Positions 1-11,398 of a DNA stretch of 64,000 nt are shown here, piece by piece (within the stretch, counting starts at the first letter, position 1; each line of letters opens with the position of its first letter). Below the pieces are notes generated by a model, which searched no databases, was not told the origin of the DNA, and saw nothing but the letters and a program-made list of their open reading frames with translations. This stretch comes from a virus. Location: positions 46,316 to 110,315 of IMG/VR virus record IMGVR_UViG_3300032326_002451, one strand, 5' to 3'. The position numbers were made by a program, and so were the translations under genes.

Positions 1-2
1 GT

Positions 3-3000
3 TTTTTGAGCCATAAACATCTTGGATCTTTGTCAAGTCCTTCAAAGATAGATTTGACATCAGATGTAATTCTTTTTGGATCTTCAACATACAATGAAGT
101 GCAAAGAGTGTCAAATTCATCTTTTGTATTAGTTTATCCAGACAACACTTTGTTTTCAGGGAATTTTGATATTTATGGAATGCCGAGCGTATATGTAAAT
201 GATTTAAAGCTTTCTGAAAATGATTATAGGTTTGAATTAGATACCACACCATGTAAAATTATTCTCAAAAATAGTATTTCTCAAAATAGTGTCATAAGAG
301 TAATTCTTCCTATTTTTACTCAAAAAGAATTGGTAGCTATTGATTCAAATGGTAACTTGGCTGGATCAACAATAACTTCAGCTGGCTATGTGTATATTTC
401 AGATGGAGTGCTGGAAGATAGAAATCCTAATGATAATAATGCCGAGCTTGTATATAGGAATTTTTCTTGGAGTAAATCAAAATATCAAACTCCAGAATTA
501 TATTTAAATGATAATAAAATCAATCCAAAATACTATACTTTAAATAACGATTCTGCACTTTTGTACTTTGATGATACTCTCCCAAATATAAGTTCATATA
601 CTTATAGTAACTTAAAAATAAAATTATCATCTGTAGGAAAGGAGTTCACTGAAAATATAAGTAGCTCCAATACTCAAGATATAAATGCTTCTTCATTTTC
701 TTCTGGCACATTATCGAACAGTAGGATTTCTAATTTATCTCATAACTTCTACATGAGATATAAGAAAAATTGTACCTTTACCGCAAGTAAACATCTTATT
801 ACAGGAAGTGGTTCAACTTTCTTTTATCCAGAAAATACAATCTCTGATTTGCAGTTTAATATTGCAACATACTCAATATTTTCGAGTGCTAATTTTGGAA
901 ATACAAATGTTTTATTAGGCACACAAAGAGGATTGATGACTTCAAGCTCATCATTGACTCCAATAAAACTTTCATCTAATTTTAACAATGATTTAGGTAG
1001 ACCCAAAGATTTTCAAGACAATATACTACATCCTGATGAAACCAACTATTTCAAAGAAACATATATGTCTACTTTGCAAGGAAAACTTTTCTATACTAAA
1101 AATGATGGAAATACATGGACAGAGATAAAACTTCCATACACAACCGCAGAGAGACAAGCTATAGTTTACGATTTTGATGTTTCAACTGAGAAAGTGCAAG
1201 AGACTGATACTTCCTTTTATTACAAAACAAACTTATATGTCACAACTGACAATGGCTTGTATTATGCACAAATTAGAGAAGGCTATACTGAAGAAAACTG
1301 GGATTGGAATCTTGTCAATCGATATGTTATCAATGACACAATAAATTATTCTGTTGACAACCTTACATCTTCTGTGGAGATTGTAACCAAAAATATTGAA
1401 ATTATTCCTGGTGAAAATGATCTTGTAACATACGATAGAAATTTGTATGTTGGGTCTAATTCAGATCAATATCCTGGATTGTATGTTGGAACAGCTTCTG
1501 GTTTAGAGCAAATATTTTACGAACCAGTAAATGGAATTTTTTGGATTCAAGATGGTAAGGTTAACACAAACAAAAATAACCTTATATGGTGGAGTGACTA
1601 TGATGTATATCATACACATTCATCAAAGTACGTTTCTAATGAAAACGGTGCTTACTGGATTCCACCCTTCACAGACACAAATGCCCTTTTTTCACCAGTA
1701 TATGCAGCTACAACAGCAAATGTGACTCTCTCTGGTAATCAAACTATAGATGGTCAATTTTTAGTTGATGGTGATACAGTTTTAGTAAAAGATCAAGATA
1801 ATGAAGAAGAAAATGGTATTTATATCGTGTCTTCAGGAGCATGGACAAGACGAACAGATTTTGATTCAAGTTTGGATTATGAAACTGAAAAAAGAGTTGA
1901 AGTCCAGAATGGCAACTTATATGGTGGATCTTTATGGTTTTTAGTACCAAGAGATTCATTCACAATAAATGTAGATCCGATTATCTGGGATATTTATAAA
2001 ACTATCTTGTATAGTACTTTTCAATACCCTTATGCAACATCTCGTCCAAAAATACAAAACGTGATAATGCGAAATAATGGCGATAATGAGTACTTCATCA
2101 TTACTACTGATTCAATTATTTTAGTCAATGATAGCGGAGTTCGTCCTGTATTAACTGAATTTCCTTGGGACACTCCTTTCCAAGGCACACTTAGAAATGC
2201 TTTGAGTGTAAGAACTTCTGATGCAAATGGATTATTGTATGCAGTTTCAGATAGAGGCCTGTTTGTTTCAACATCATATTTATGGGCCGACAAAAATTCA
2301 ATTACTCAAACATTAAATCTTACTGATCACTGGAACAGAGTAGATAATTTTTTCCTTGACTCAGATACATTAAAATTATTTGATGTAAACTCAGGGGCAC
2401 AAAATAATTCTTTTTCTTTGATTCCACAATATCAAATAGTTTTATTCAATACTGCTATAGAAAAAGGAACAAACTATTACTATGAAAGATCGTTTACAGA
2501 TTTTTACACGGATCCATGGGAACAATCTTTCATTGATGATAATGGAAATACTTATGAGAATAGAGTAGTAGTTTACATAGACAATGAGCCTACCAAAATA
2601 CCTTATATAACTGACCCATCTTTAGGTTTGATAAGGTTTACATCAAGTGTGGACTCAAAGTATCTGAATAGTGTTCAAGTTTCTATATCTGCAAATAATA
2701 TGTATTTGACTAATATTGGACAAAGAACTCATGAAGAAATATTCATAGGAGTTGGAAAATCTGAACCTATAGCTGTTTTATTTTCAGAAAATTCTATTTC
2801 TTCTGATTCTATATTTCTAAATCAAACCATAGATTCTAATATTAAAATTTTACTTCTTGAAAATGGCACTAATAGAGAAGTAGTATATGTCAAAAAAATA
2901 GACAATTATGCTAATCCTGTCAGAGTAGATCTGCAATATGCAAGGTCAAGCGCTGGGCCTTCATTCATATTTCCAGAAGGTTCGACAGTTTATTCAGTAA

Positions 3001-6000
3001 GTGACAGCCTTAGTTCCAGTATAGAAAACGATCTCTATGGATTACTTTCTAATGAAACTTACAATTTGGCTTCTGATAATAATGTAAACACCGAAAAATT
3101 AATTTTAGGTTTGCAAAACGAGATTCCAAATTTATTTGATATTTCTCCAGCCGCTGTAATTTCTCAAACTGATACAAGGGGCCTCAAGAATGTCAAATAT
3201 GTGAATGACTTTGAAAATGATAATTTATTTGATATTGCTGATTCTTATATAAATGAAAATATTGGCTTGGAATATAGTGCAGATGACCCAGCTTTTGAAG
3301 TAAAAGACATTTCAAGTATTACAAATTTATCAACTGAAGGCATAGACACGATAGTTTCAACAGACAAAGGTTTATGGAAGTTTACTGGTGGAATATGGAA
3401 GAGTTTATTACCGTCTGAGGTATACAGATTCAACTTTGTCAAAAAACTTACAGATGGATCCTATATTGCTGCTTCTGAAAATGGTCTTTTTATTGGTGAC
3501 AATTCTTATAACTTTACAAAAGATTCATTATTTACTCAAGATGTCTTAGATTTAGAAGAAGGTTTGTGGGGCAATGAATATTTCAGAGTTTATGGTAAAA
3601 GAGATGGCTTACTATTTATAAAATCTCCTGATACTTCATTTTTCACTTCTGAATATGTTTCTGAATTAGACAATGTAGCTACAAACGGAATTGCAAAATT
3701 ATCTTCTAATAGGATTATAGATTCTGTCCTGACTTCTTATGACATTATTTTTGCATGTTCAGATATTGGTTTTTATGGAATTTGCAATGGTATAAATTCT
3801 GATGTTTTTTCGAATTCACTTACTTGTAAAAAGCTTATAACTAATAACCCGTCTGGAGTGACTAAATATTTCAAATGTTTTACGCCATTTATTACTCCAA
3901 CAATACCTGCCAATAATAATACTTCAAATTATTTATTCATATTGACTGATGATGGAGTATTGAGAGTTGACAATTGGAAATGGTGTGACCCTACAAGTTC
4001 AACAGGTGCTACTTTCAATATTGATCAAAGATTTTTACAGGGAGTTCAATGTTATAGTTCTACTCTTGATGTTTCTGAAAGTCCTGATAATGTTTTGCCT
4101 GGAAAATCTAAAATATTTATTGGCACTGAAAAAGGTGTATACAGATCGCTTGATGGTGGTTTATCTTTTGAGCCAACACAAAAGTTTAATGATTTATTTC
4201 TGGTTATTCATAATTTAGAAATATTCGAATCTACTTATTTATCAAACAGTTCTTATGTAACCAACAATGTTTTAGTTGCAAGTACAAATATGGGTATTTG
4301 GTATTCTGTAAACGATGGAGACAATTGGTACCTAAGTGGATCTGCTACAGATGATAATGAATATCCTTTGCTGATTACAGAAAAGCCATCAAATAATGTA
4401 AAAACAACTGAAAATATAGCTGTAGATGGATACCTTGCTCAAACATTTGTGACTAAAAATAGCGCTTCGACCATAGATAAAGTTTTTGTTATGCTTGAAG
4501 TTAATACGGAGCTTTCGAGTAACCAATACTATAATAATTCAGTCACAAGTAACACATTACAAGCATTTTTATGTAATCTTGACGGAAATGGTAAGCCCGA
4601 TATGTCAAGTGTATTAGCTTCAAGTTCTAACACTAAAAATCCGAAAGATATAGTCAAGGGTGATTTTTCTTATTTCAACTTCAACTACTCAGCTTCAGCA
4701 AATTCGAACATTGGCTTAGTTATTAAGGAAACCTTAGCTCCTAATTCTATTTCAGTTGTTTCTTGGAAAAAATCTAATTTGCAAAATGCTTATCTAAATG
4801 GAAAAGCATTTACTTACACTTCACCCAATTGGAGTGTATTAGATTCAGACAATGATAATGATTTTTTATTCAAAGTTTTTTACAGTACAGAATCTACACA
4901 AACTGAAACAATAGTACCAGTAGGAAATGAGGATGGGTCTGTAATAGGGTGGGATAGTGGTGTGTCAAGAGGTGTTATTTCTACAGACACAGGAAGACTG
5001 ACCTTAGACATAAGATTCTTAGTAAGTCTTATCATTGATGATTCGCTATCTATGCAAGTCTCAGCATCTAATTCTAATTATGAAGAAAAAATATTAGAAT
5101 TGCTTACTAATATAAAAGATAGAACCATAAAGTCAGTATCATCTGAAAACCAAGAATTCACTGCTTATGATTTGTGGCTTGCAGATACAATAACAAACCA
5201 CAAGACAAAACCAGGATTTGTAAGAAGCCTTTCTCAAATTGAAAATTATATAAATAATTTAAATCAAGAAGGAATAAATACTGATTTATATTCTGCAATT
5301 GATATAGCTTCTGTGGGCATGAATCCAGCTGCTGTAAATGATTTATATATAAAATTAAATGATGAAACAAATAATGTTTTAAGATCTGAAATAGTCCTTG
5401 ACTATTTATCTCAAAACACAAGACTTAGACTCAATGACTTGACACTGCAATATCAGAGTGAGACAATTATAAATGATTGGGATGAAACAGAAGCTGGTAT
5501 TACGACAAGCGAAACCGCAAGAAATTTGATGCTTGATAGATTTTCAAGCACCTATATACCCTTGATGATTGTTGTAACTGATGGTGAAAACATAACTTAC
5601 ACTAATATTGATGGAATTCTAAAGAATACAGAATTGTTCTGGAACAATCAAGGTTTTGATGTTCTTGTTTTTGGATTATCTGGGTCTGATTTTCAAACAA
5701 GTTTAATTCATTTGACTCAAAATGGTGGCTATTATTTTAGCCTTGAAAATGATACAGATTGGGATAACGTAATTGATTTACTATTGCATGGTGGTAATAA
5801 GTCTTTATTCAAGGGGTCCTGGAGCAAAGAATATTATTACGACGTTCCAAAATACATAAAATCAGTATATGCTGATTACACATATAGTACAGGTCAACTT
5901 TATGATAGCGAGTGTACAGTTGAGTTCAGATATTCTGAAGATTACTTAAATTTTACCAGCTGGATATCTTTATCTTCTACTACATCTTATTCTATTGATA

Positions 6001-7556
6001 AAAAAATAACAAATATAGAATACAGAATTAACATGACTGAAGGATGGACTGGTTCAGCTATAGTTACACCATATGTTTCTTCGCTTTATCATATAGAAGT
6101 TGAGCCATCAGAAAAAATATTATTCAGTAATGAAATCACAACAAATGGTTACTTAAATGAATATATATTGACTTCAAACGAAGATGAATACGAAACTGCT
6201 AAATTTGAGTGGGGAATTGTAAGAGGAAACAGCACTAATTGGAATAATTTTGAAAAAATTGTAGTTGGAAAGAACTCTGTCTTAGCACAAAGACAAAAAA
6301 CAATTCAAAATACCAATGAAGTAAATTATAATGGCCTTATTGCAATCAGTATAGATAATGGTTACATAAAATACCAAATTTATAAAGACGGAGAAATTTT
6401 CAAGTGGGATACAAATGCTACCATAGATGTTTTTGTTTCTGGAACTTTGATTTCTCAAAATTTTTATAGATATGATAATAATCTTGGACTTATTACTTTT
6501 GATAGTCCATTGTCAAGTCAAGACACTGTAATTGTTAATATTGTTTTACTTTCTTCAGATTACATATCTTTCGGAGAAAATACCACTACGAATGATTACA
6601 AAACATATCATGCAGAAAATGGTTCATGGATTAATGATGAGGACATTGTAGTTTATGTAAACAATGAAATTCAAAGAGGCAACTACGATCTTGATTCATT
6701 TTCTGGTGCAGTGGTTTTCAATAAATATCTAAATTCTACCGACAAAGTAAACATATTTGTAAAATTGTCCAATTCTTTTAGAATTGCAGTTAAAATTTAT
6801 GATTATGATACGTCAGTTTCAAAACCTATAGATTTTGCATTGACATATACAACTTTGAATAATCTGAATAAAGTTTCAGAGTATAGAAATTATGCTCTAC
6901 CAAGTATAGTTGATAATAAAATAACTTTAAAATCTACACTTATTACTGATAGTAATGGAGTTTCTATTAAGTATCCGATTTATGTCGAGTATGTATATGA
7001 TAGCTCTGATGGATCTTCTGAAAAATCTACGAACATTTACTGGTTCAGAACAAGAAGTGGTACTACCACACAAATTAATGTAACTAACCTATTGCCAAAT
7101 TATGACAATAGAGTTTTACAAAGACAATATGACCTCAATGGGCAAGATAATGTGTTTTTGTCTGGTGATGAAATATTTGTTAGGGTAGAACCCAAAAATA
7201 CATTCAAGACAGGCTTGCTATATACATCTGAAATTTACACATTGTCTTCAGTTTCAAAACCATACACTGTTGATGTGAAAATTAAATCATCAACAGCAGT
7301 GGTTTCTAATGCAAGCATTGGTTCAGGAAATACTTTGACTGCGTATTACGGTTACACAGATACTGATTTGTCTACTGATTCATCAATTGTGACTTGGTAT
7401 GATTGGTCAACAGGAACAAGAGTGGAAATTTCTACAGGAAATACATTAGATTCATCTTTTGTTATTGCTGGTAAAATTATTTCATTTGTAGTTCTTCCTT
7501 TCAATGGAGTTACATACGGAGATCAAGTAGAGAGTGATCTTGTAGTAATAGTATAA
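3..7556 (+). CDS. Giant virion structural protein (5'-truncated by window; >2,516 aa) with fibre/decoration module, Asp-box/BNR motifs, vWA domain and C-terminal Ig-like repeats
   Basis: Frame is open from position 3, so the TTG at 6 is probably not the real start. Contains 'AATTANVTLSGNQTIDG..LVDGDTVLVKDQ..ENGIY..GAWTR.TDFD' module, Asp-box-like 'TKNDGNTW','SLDGGLSF','SVNDGDNW', vWA MIDAS 'LIIDDSLSM' plus 'IVVTDGE'; S/T/N-rich. Confidence 0.7.
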   Translation, partial: FLSHKHLGSLSSPSKIDLTSDVILFGSSTYNEVQRVSNSSFVLVYPDNTLFSGNFDIYGMPSVYVNDLKLSENDYRFELDTTPCKIILKNSISQNSVIRVILPIFTQKELVAIDSNGNLAGSTITSAGYVYISDGVLEDRNPNDNNAELVYRNFSWSKSKYQTPELYLNDNKINPKYYTLNNDSALLYFDDTLPNISSYTYSNLKIKLSSVGKEFTENISSSNTQDINASSFSSGTLSNSRISNLSHNFYMRYKKNCTFTASKHLITGSGSTFFYPENTISDLQFNIATYSIFSSANFGNTNVLLGTQRGLMTSSSSLTPIKLSSNFNNDLGRPKDFQDNILHPDETNYFKETYMSTLQGKLFYTKNDGNTWTEIKLPYTTAERQAIVYDFDVSTEKVQETDTSFYYKTNLYVTTDNGLYYAQIREGYTEENWDWNLVNRYVINDTINYSVDNLTSSVEIVTKNIEIIPGENDLVTYDRNLYVGSNSDQYPGLYVGTASGLEQIFYEPVNGIFWIQDGKVNTNKNNLIWWSDYDVYHTHSSKYVSNENGAYWIPPFTDTNALFSPVYAATTANVTLSGNQTIDGQFLVDGDTVLVKDQDNEEENGIYIVSSGAWTRRTDFDSSLDYETEKRVEVQNGNLYGGSLWFLVPRDSFTINVDPIIWDIYKTILYSTFQYPYATSRPKIQNVIMRNNGDNEYFIITTDSIILVNDSGVRPVLTEFPWDTPFQGTLRNALSVRTSDANGLLYAVSDRGLFVSTSYLWADKNSITQTLNLTDHWNRVDNFFLDSDTLKLFDVNSGAQNNSFSLIPQYQIVLFNTAIEKGTNYYYERSFTDFYTDPWEQSFIDDNGNTYENRVVVYIDNEPTKIPYITDPSLGLIRFTSSVDSKYLNSVQVSISANNMYLTNIGQRTHEEIFIGVGKSEPIAVLFSENSISSDSIFLNQTIDSNIKILLLENGTNREVVYVKKIDNYANPVRVDLQYARSSAGPSFIFPEGSTVYSVSDSLSSSIENDLYGLLSNETYNLASDNNVNTEKLILGLQNEIPNLFDISPAAVISQTDTRGLKNVKYVNDFENDNLFDIADSYINENIGLEYSADDPAFEVKDISSITNLSTEGIDTIVSTDKGLWKFTGGIWKSLLPSEVYRFNFVKKLTDGSYIAASENGLFIGDNSYNFTKDSLFTQDVLDLEEGLWGNEYFRVYGKRDGLLFIKSPDTSFFTSEYVSELDNVATNGIAKLSSNRIIDSVLTSYDIIFACSDIGFYGICNGINSDVFSNSLTCKKLITNNPSGVTKYFKCFTPFITPTIPANNNTSNYLFILTDDGVLRVDNWKWCDPTSSTGATFNIDQRFLQGVQCYSSTLDVSESPDNVLPGKSKIFIGTEKGVYRSLDGGLSFEPTQKFNDLFLVIHNLEIFESTYLSNSSYVTNNVLVASTNMGIWYSVNDGDNWYLSGSATDDNEYPLLITEKPSNNVKTTENIAVDGYLAQTFVTKNSASTIDKVFVMLEVNTELSSNQYYNNSVTSNTLQAFLCNLDGNGKPDMSSVLASSSNTKNPKDIVKGDFSYFNFNYSASANSNIGLVIKETLAPNSISVVSWKKSNLQNAYLNGKAFTYTSPNWSVLDSDNDNDFLFKVFYSTESTQTETIVPVGNEDGSVIGWDSGVSRGVISTDTGRLTLDIRFLVSLIIDDSLSMQVSASNSNYEEKILELLTNIKDRTIKSVSSENQEFTAYDLWLADTITNHKTKPGFVRSLSQIENYINNLNQEGINTDLYSAIDIASVGMNPAAVNDLYIKLNDETNNVLRSEIVLDYLSQNTRLRLNDLTLQYQSETIINDWDETEAGITTSETARNLMLDRFSSTYIPLMIVVTDGENITYTNIDGILKNTELFWNNQGFDVLVFGLSGSDFQTSLIHLTQNGGYYFSLENDTDWDNVIDLLLHGGNKSLFKGSWSKEYYYDVPKYIKSVYADYTYSTGQLYDSECTVEFRYSEDYLNFTSWISLSSTTSYSIDKKITNIEYRINMTEGWTGSAIVTPYVSSLYHIEVEPSEKILFSNEITTNGYLNEYILTSNEDEYETAKFEWGIVRGNSTNWNNFEKIVVGKNSVLAQRQKTIQNTNEVNYNGLIAISIDNGYIKYQIYKDGEIFKWDTNATIDVFVSGTLISQNFYRYDNNLGLITFDSPLSSQDTVIVNIVLLSSDYISFGENTTTNDYKTYHAENGSWINDEDIVVYVNNEIQRGNYDLDSFSGAVVFNKYLNSTDKVNIFVKLSNSFRIAVKIYDYDTSVSKPIDFALTYTTLNNLNKVSEYRNYALPSIVDNKITLKSTLITDSNGVSIKYPIYVEYVYDSSDGSSEKSTNIYWFRTRSGTTTQINVTNLLPNYDNRVLQRQYDLNGQDNVFLSGDEIFVRVEPKNTFKTGLLYTSEIYTLSSVSKPYTVDVKIKSSTAVVSNASIGSGNTLTAYYGYTDTDLSTDSSIVTWYDWSTGTRVEISTGNTLDSSFVIAGKIISFVVLPFNGVTYGDQVESDLVVIV

Positions 7557-7615
7557 AGGAATATATATAGATTCGTCAGGAATTTAAAAATATCTCGTTC
7601 AAAAAAGGAAATACA

Positions 7616-8539
7616 ATGGAACAAGAAATTCAGTTTCTTCCTGATGTAAAGCCAATAGAAATCGCTGATCTTATCGCTCTATCGCAAGAACAAAATTGGG
7701 GTATAGCTGCTTGCTCTATACAAGAAGCTTGGAGAGTTACTAAAGGAGCTGGAATCAGAGTCGCAGTTTTGGACACTGGTATAGCTGCTCATGATGACTT
7801 GAAAGATGCTTGGACTGAAGCATATAATTGTAGTAACGAATCATCATATGATGATATTGGGTCAGGACACGGAACTCACGTTTGCGGAATTGTTGGTGCA
7901 AGAGATAATGCTCTGGGAGTTGTTGGTGTAGCTCCTGAATGTACATTGATACCAATTAAAGTTTTGAACAATAATGGTTCTGGTAATTTTGCAAATATTG
8001 CAGCTGGTATAAGAAAAGCTATTGAAATAAAAGCTGACATTATTACTATGAGTCTGGGTACTTCGCAAGAACCTCCAATAGATGTACATAGAGCAATTAA
8101 GGAAGCAACCAATGCTGGAATAATTGTTTTAGCAGCAGCAGGTAATGATTCTGGAAAAACTAATTATCCTGCAAGACTTGAAGAAGTGATTGCAGTTGCA
8201 GCAATTGATGAAAGTGGGAATTACGCTCATTTTTCAAGTGGTGACGAGACAGTAGACAGTGTTGCTCCTGGAGTCAACATTTACTCTACTTTCTTGAACA
8301 ATACTTATGCAAAAATGTCAGGTACAAGTCAAGCTTGCCCTTTTATAGCAGGTCTTTGTGCTTTGATATTAGCGCATAACAGAGCAAACCCAAATATTCC
8401 AAGGATAAATAATTATGTTGATATGTTAAAAGCTCTTGATTTAGTTTCAGATGAATCAAGATATATCAATACTCCTGGACAAAAGAAATGGGGATTTGGC
8501 GCTCCCAAAATTGCCAATATTGACTGGAATCAAATTTAG
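7616..8539 (+). CDS. Subtilisin-family (S8) serine protease, no signal peptide (intracellular-subtilisin-like)
   Basis: Catalytic triad motifs VAVLDTG, HGTHVCG, SGTSQACP; oxyanion AAAGN; AAGGA SD. Confidence 0.93.
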   Translation: MEQEIQFLPDVKPIEIADLIALSQEQNWGIAACSIQEAWRVTKGAGIRVAVLDTGIAAHDDLKDAWTEAYNCSNESSYDDIGSGHGTHVCGIVGARDNALGVVGVAPECTLIPIKVLNNNGSGNFANIAAGIRKAIEIKADIITMSLGTSQEPPIDVHRAIKEATNAGIIVLAAAGNDSGKTNYPARLEEVIAVAAIDESGNYAHFSSGDETVDSVAPGVNIYSTFLNNTYAKMSGTSQACPFIAGLCALILAHNRANPNIPRINNYVDMLKALDLVSDESRYINTPGQKKWGFGAPKIANIDWNQI

Positions 8540-8606
8540 TTTCAAGAGCAAAGCAAAAAAACAAATGAACTTTAGCTCTTCTTTTTCATAAATGAGAGGA
8601 AGTGCT

Positions 8607-9074
8607 ATGAATCAGAAGTTTATTAAAATATTATTAATCGCTTTTGTCTTAATAATTTTTATGGTATTGAATCCATATAAAATTATAGTCGTAAGGGGAG
8701 AATCTATGTATCCGACCTATAAAAATGGTGACATTTTATTAGGTGTGAAAAGTGAAAATTATCAAAAAGGAGATATTGTAGTTACTAAAAATGACTACAA
8801 TGAAACAATTATCAAAAGAATTACATATATGCCAGGAGAGACTTATTACACAGTTTCAAAAATTTTGGCTCATGAATGTTTTGTTGAAATGGTAGATAAA
8901 ACTACATACGATAGCATAAAACACAATAGTAATTCAAAATACGTGATTGCAATTAAAGACAAAGTCCCTTTCAATCAATATTTTATTACTGGTGATAACA
9001 AAAATAATTCTGATGACAGTAGAAGATTTGGATCTATTGAAAAGGATAAGATTCTTTATAAAATAATAAAATGA
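8607..9074 (+). CDS. lepB: Signal peptidase I (S26A)
   Basis: N-terminal TM, box B GESMYPT (Ser), box D IIKRI (Lys), box E GDNKNNSDDSRRFG; GAGG SD favours ATG 8607 over 8592. Confidence 0.88.
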   Translation: MNQKFIKILLIAFVLIIFMVLNPYKIIVVRGESMYPTYKNGDILLGVKSENYQKGDIVVTKNDYNETIIKRITYMPGETYYTVSKILAHECFVEMVDKTTYDSIKHNSNSKYVIAIKDKVPFNQYFITGDNKNNSDDSRRFGSIEKDKILYKIIK

Positions 9075-9739
9075 TAGATGTTAATTACTTAGAGATGTTT
9101 GTGAAGACATCTCAAACTCGCAAGAAGATTGAAGACCCAATTAAAGAGCTTACTCAAATTGGACTGCAATCTTCTTGCACTATTTTTGTCAAACATGGCA
9201 AAGGTGGACAAAATCAATGGTCCGGAAGCGGATTTCATATCGGAAATGGTATGATTGTAACTGCAAGCCATGTAGTTCCTCCAGATCTAAGCAATTTACA
9301 GATTGATATCACTTTTGACGATCAATCTTATTATCCTGGAACAGTATACAAATCTGAGCCAAATTTCGATGCTGCTATTATTCAGTGCCCAGATGTTGCA
9401 AATAAAATACCAGCCTTGCAGTTGGGTGATTCTGAAACTTTAGAAGTAGGCGATTTAGTTGTCGTAATAAGTGCTCCAGAAGGATTTCATGACACCGCAA
9501 CATATGGCCGAGTAAGCAATACGCATATGACTTTAGGCGAAAATGCACCATCAGCAGCTTGGCAAGATTTTATTTTTATTGATGCTGATATTATGGAAGG
9601 ATCATCTGGTGGTATGGTATTGGGCACAGATGGTTTAGTTTATGGTCTTGTGATGGGTGTAACAGGCCAACACGCTGAAAGTGGGTTGGGGGAAAATTCA
9701 ATTTCTCCATCAAATAAAATCAAACAATTACTTTCTTAG
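9071..9739 (+). CDS. Trypsin-like (S1, HtrA-like without PDZ) serine protease
   Basis: GSGF, VTASHVV (His), FDAAII (Asp), EGSSGG (Ser); ATGA overlap with lepB. Confidence 0.88.
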   Translation: MIDVNYLEMFVKTSQTRKKIEDPIKELTQIGLQSSCTIFVKHGKGGQNQWSGSGFHIGNGMIVTASHVVPPDLSNLQIDITFDDQSYYPGTVYKSEPNFDAAIIQCPDVANKIPALQLGDSETLEVGDLVVVISAPEGFHDTATYGRVSNTHMTLGENAPSAAWQDFIFIDADIMEGSSGGMVLGTDGLVYGLVMGVTGQHAESGLGENSISPSNKIKQLLS

Positions 9740-9751
9740 TATAAAACATAT

Positions 9752-10741
9752 ATGTCAGATCCTCATTCAGTGTTAGGTGTTGCAAAAAATGCAACGGCTG
9801 ATGAAATTAAATCAGCATATAGAAAATTAGCAAAAAAGTATCATCCTGATGTCAATAAAGATCCTGAAGCGGAATCTAAGTTCAAGGAAGTTACAAAAGC
9901 TTACGAGGATATATTGAATCCTCAGCCTGTACAAACGCATCAAAATGTTCATCCAGGTTTCAATCCTTTTGATTTTTTTAACCAACAATCACAACATAGA
10001 TCATTAAACACTCCAATATCTGTTGCTGTAACACTTTCAGTTCAAGAGGCTTTCAAGGATGTAACAAAAACAATAAGTTATGTCAGAAATGTTTTTTGTG
10101 AAACTTGTGATGGTAAGGGTGGTTTAGGGTCAGTTAATGCTTGTACTTCATGTATGGGTTCAGGACAGCATAAAATTACATCGCAACAAGGCTTTTTCTT
10201 TGTAGAGCAAATTTTGGGACCATGCCAAAATTGTTCTGGAAAAGGAAGGGTGTTTTCAGACCCTTGTAAAAATTGTGGAAGTTTTGGCTACAAGAACAAA
10301 GAAGAATCATTCACTATGAATATTCCAAGGGGTTCATTATTCAAATCATCTGTGGTTGCAGACTTAGGTAATCATATTGACAAAGGTCAAAAACCAGGTC
10401 CATTAATTTTAGAAATACACTTAGATCATGAACCGGGTATTAATTTTGACAGAGAATACAACATATTTATTGATAAATATATAGATCCAATAGCTGGAAT
10501 AATTGGTTTTGAAACTAAATTGAATCATCCAGATGGAACTAAGTTAAATTTGAAACTTAAAAATAAAATAACTCATGGACATATTCACAAATTGGCTAAA
10601 AGAGGATTGCCAAAATCTCAAACTGAATATGGTGATTTAAACATCAGATTTTTGTATAATATCCCTGAAGATTTATCTGATGAAGAAATAAAGAATTTGG
10701 AATCTTATTTGGAATCCAGAAGGAAGAGAGAATTATTATGA
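9752..10741 (+). CDS. dnaJ: DnaJ chaperone (class A: J-domain, Zn fingers, C-terminal domain)
   Basis: [11 protein letters not shown]; four CxxCxxxG repeats ([32 protein letters not shown]); GDLNIRF. Confidence 0.93.
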   Translation: MSDPHSVLGVAKNATADEIKSAYRKLAKKYHPDVNKDPEAESKFKEVTKAYEDILNPQPVQTHQNVHPGFNPFDFFNQQSQHRSLNTPISVAVTLSVQEAFKDVTKTISYVRNVFCETCDGKGGLGSVNACTSCMGSGQHKITSQQGFFFVEQILGPCQNCSGKGRVFSDPCKNCGSFGYKNKEESFTMNIPRGSLFKSSVVADLGNHIDKGQKPGPLILEIHLDHEPGINFDREYNIFIDKYIDPIAGIIGFETKLNHPDGTKLNLKLKNKITHGHIHKLAKRGLPKSQTEYGDLNIRFLYNIPEDLSDEEIKNLESYLESRRKRELL

Positions 10742-10950
10742 GCATGATTAAGAGAGCTAATGGACAGATTGAAAACTTCACTGACGAACAAGGCAAGGAA
10801 GTACAGGCTGATAATCTCGTTTGGGCCGATGAAAAGCAGAAGAAAGAGGAAGTCGAAATCAAGGATGCTCTTGATCTCCCCACTGTTGAAGATTTGACTC
10901 TTGACCTTAATGCTCCTGAGGATGATGATGTAATAGCTAAGGATTGTTAA
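10738..10950 (+). CDS. Small acidic hypothetical protein
   Basis: 70-aa ORF, ATGA-coupled to dnaJ; D/E-rich. Confidence 0.6.
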   Translation: MSMIKRANGQIENFTDEQGKEVQADNLVWADEKQKKEEVEIKDALDLPTVEDLTLDLNAPEDDDVIAKDC

Positions 10951-10951
10951 T

Positions 10952-11398
10952 ATGGAAAAAATCTTGAATTTTTTATTGCACTCACTTGATGGCATAACAC
11001 TCTATGTAATCCTTTTTATTGTAGGATCTTTTGCTTTGTACCATTTGGCAAGACTGAAAAACCAAAGAGCTTTTTTATTTTCAACAATTAAAATTATTTC
11101 TTCAGTGTTGGGTTCAAAGTTTGGCTCAAAAGCTGAAGGACTTCTTGAAATTTTTGTTGATGGATTGGGCAAGATTCAAGATGGTAATTTTTCTAATGAT
11201 GATGTTGTAGATTGGTTTCTTAGGTATGTTAGATTATCAGCTCAACAAAAAGGCATTGTATTGACAGACGAAGATGTAAACAATTTACATACTCTGATTT
11301 CTTCAACTGTTCTTACTTTTGTAGGCACCAATTCAAAACAAATTGAGCATGCTGTGAATCAGTTTAGTGCATTTCAAACAATGTCAAACAAAAAATAA
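10952..11398 (+). CDS. Membrane protein, possibly LL-H-type holin-like
   Basis: N-terminal hydrophobic helix; C-terminal 'KGIVLTDEDVNNLHTLISSTV' resembles the LL-H holin 'GI.LT.EQ...LIE.AV' pattern (recognition only). Confidence 0.4.
   Translation: MEKILNFLLHSLDGITLYVILFIVGSFALYHLARLKNQRAFLFSTIKIISSVLGSKFGSKAEGLLEIFVDGLGKIQDGNFSNDDVVDWFLRYVRLSAQQKGIVLTDEDVNNLHTLISSTVLTFVGTNSKQIEHAVNQFSAFQTMSNKK

Noticed and set aside
10738-10790. [12 protein letters not shown] resembling an ATP-cone start
   Set aside because: The remaining ATP-cone helices are absent; similarity too short.
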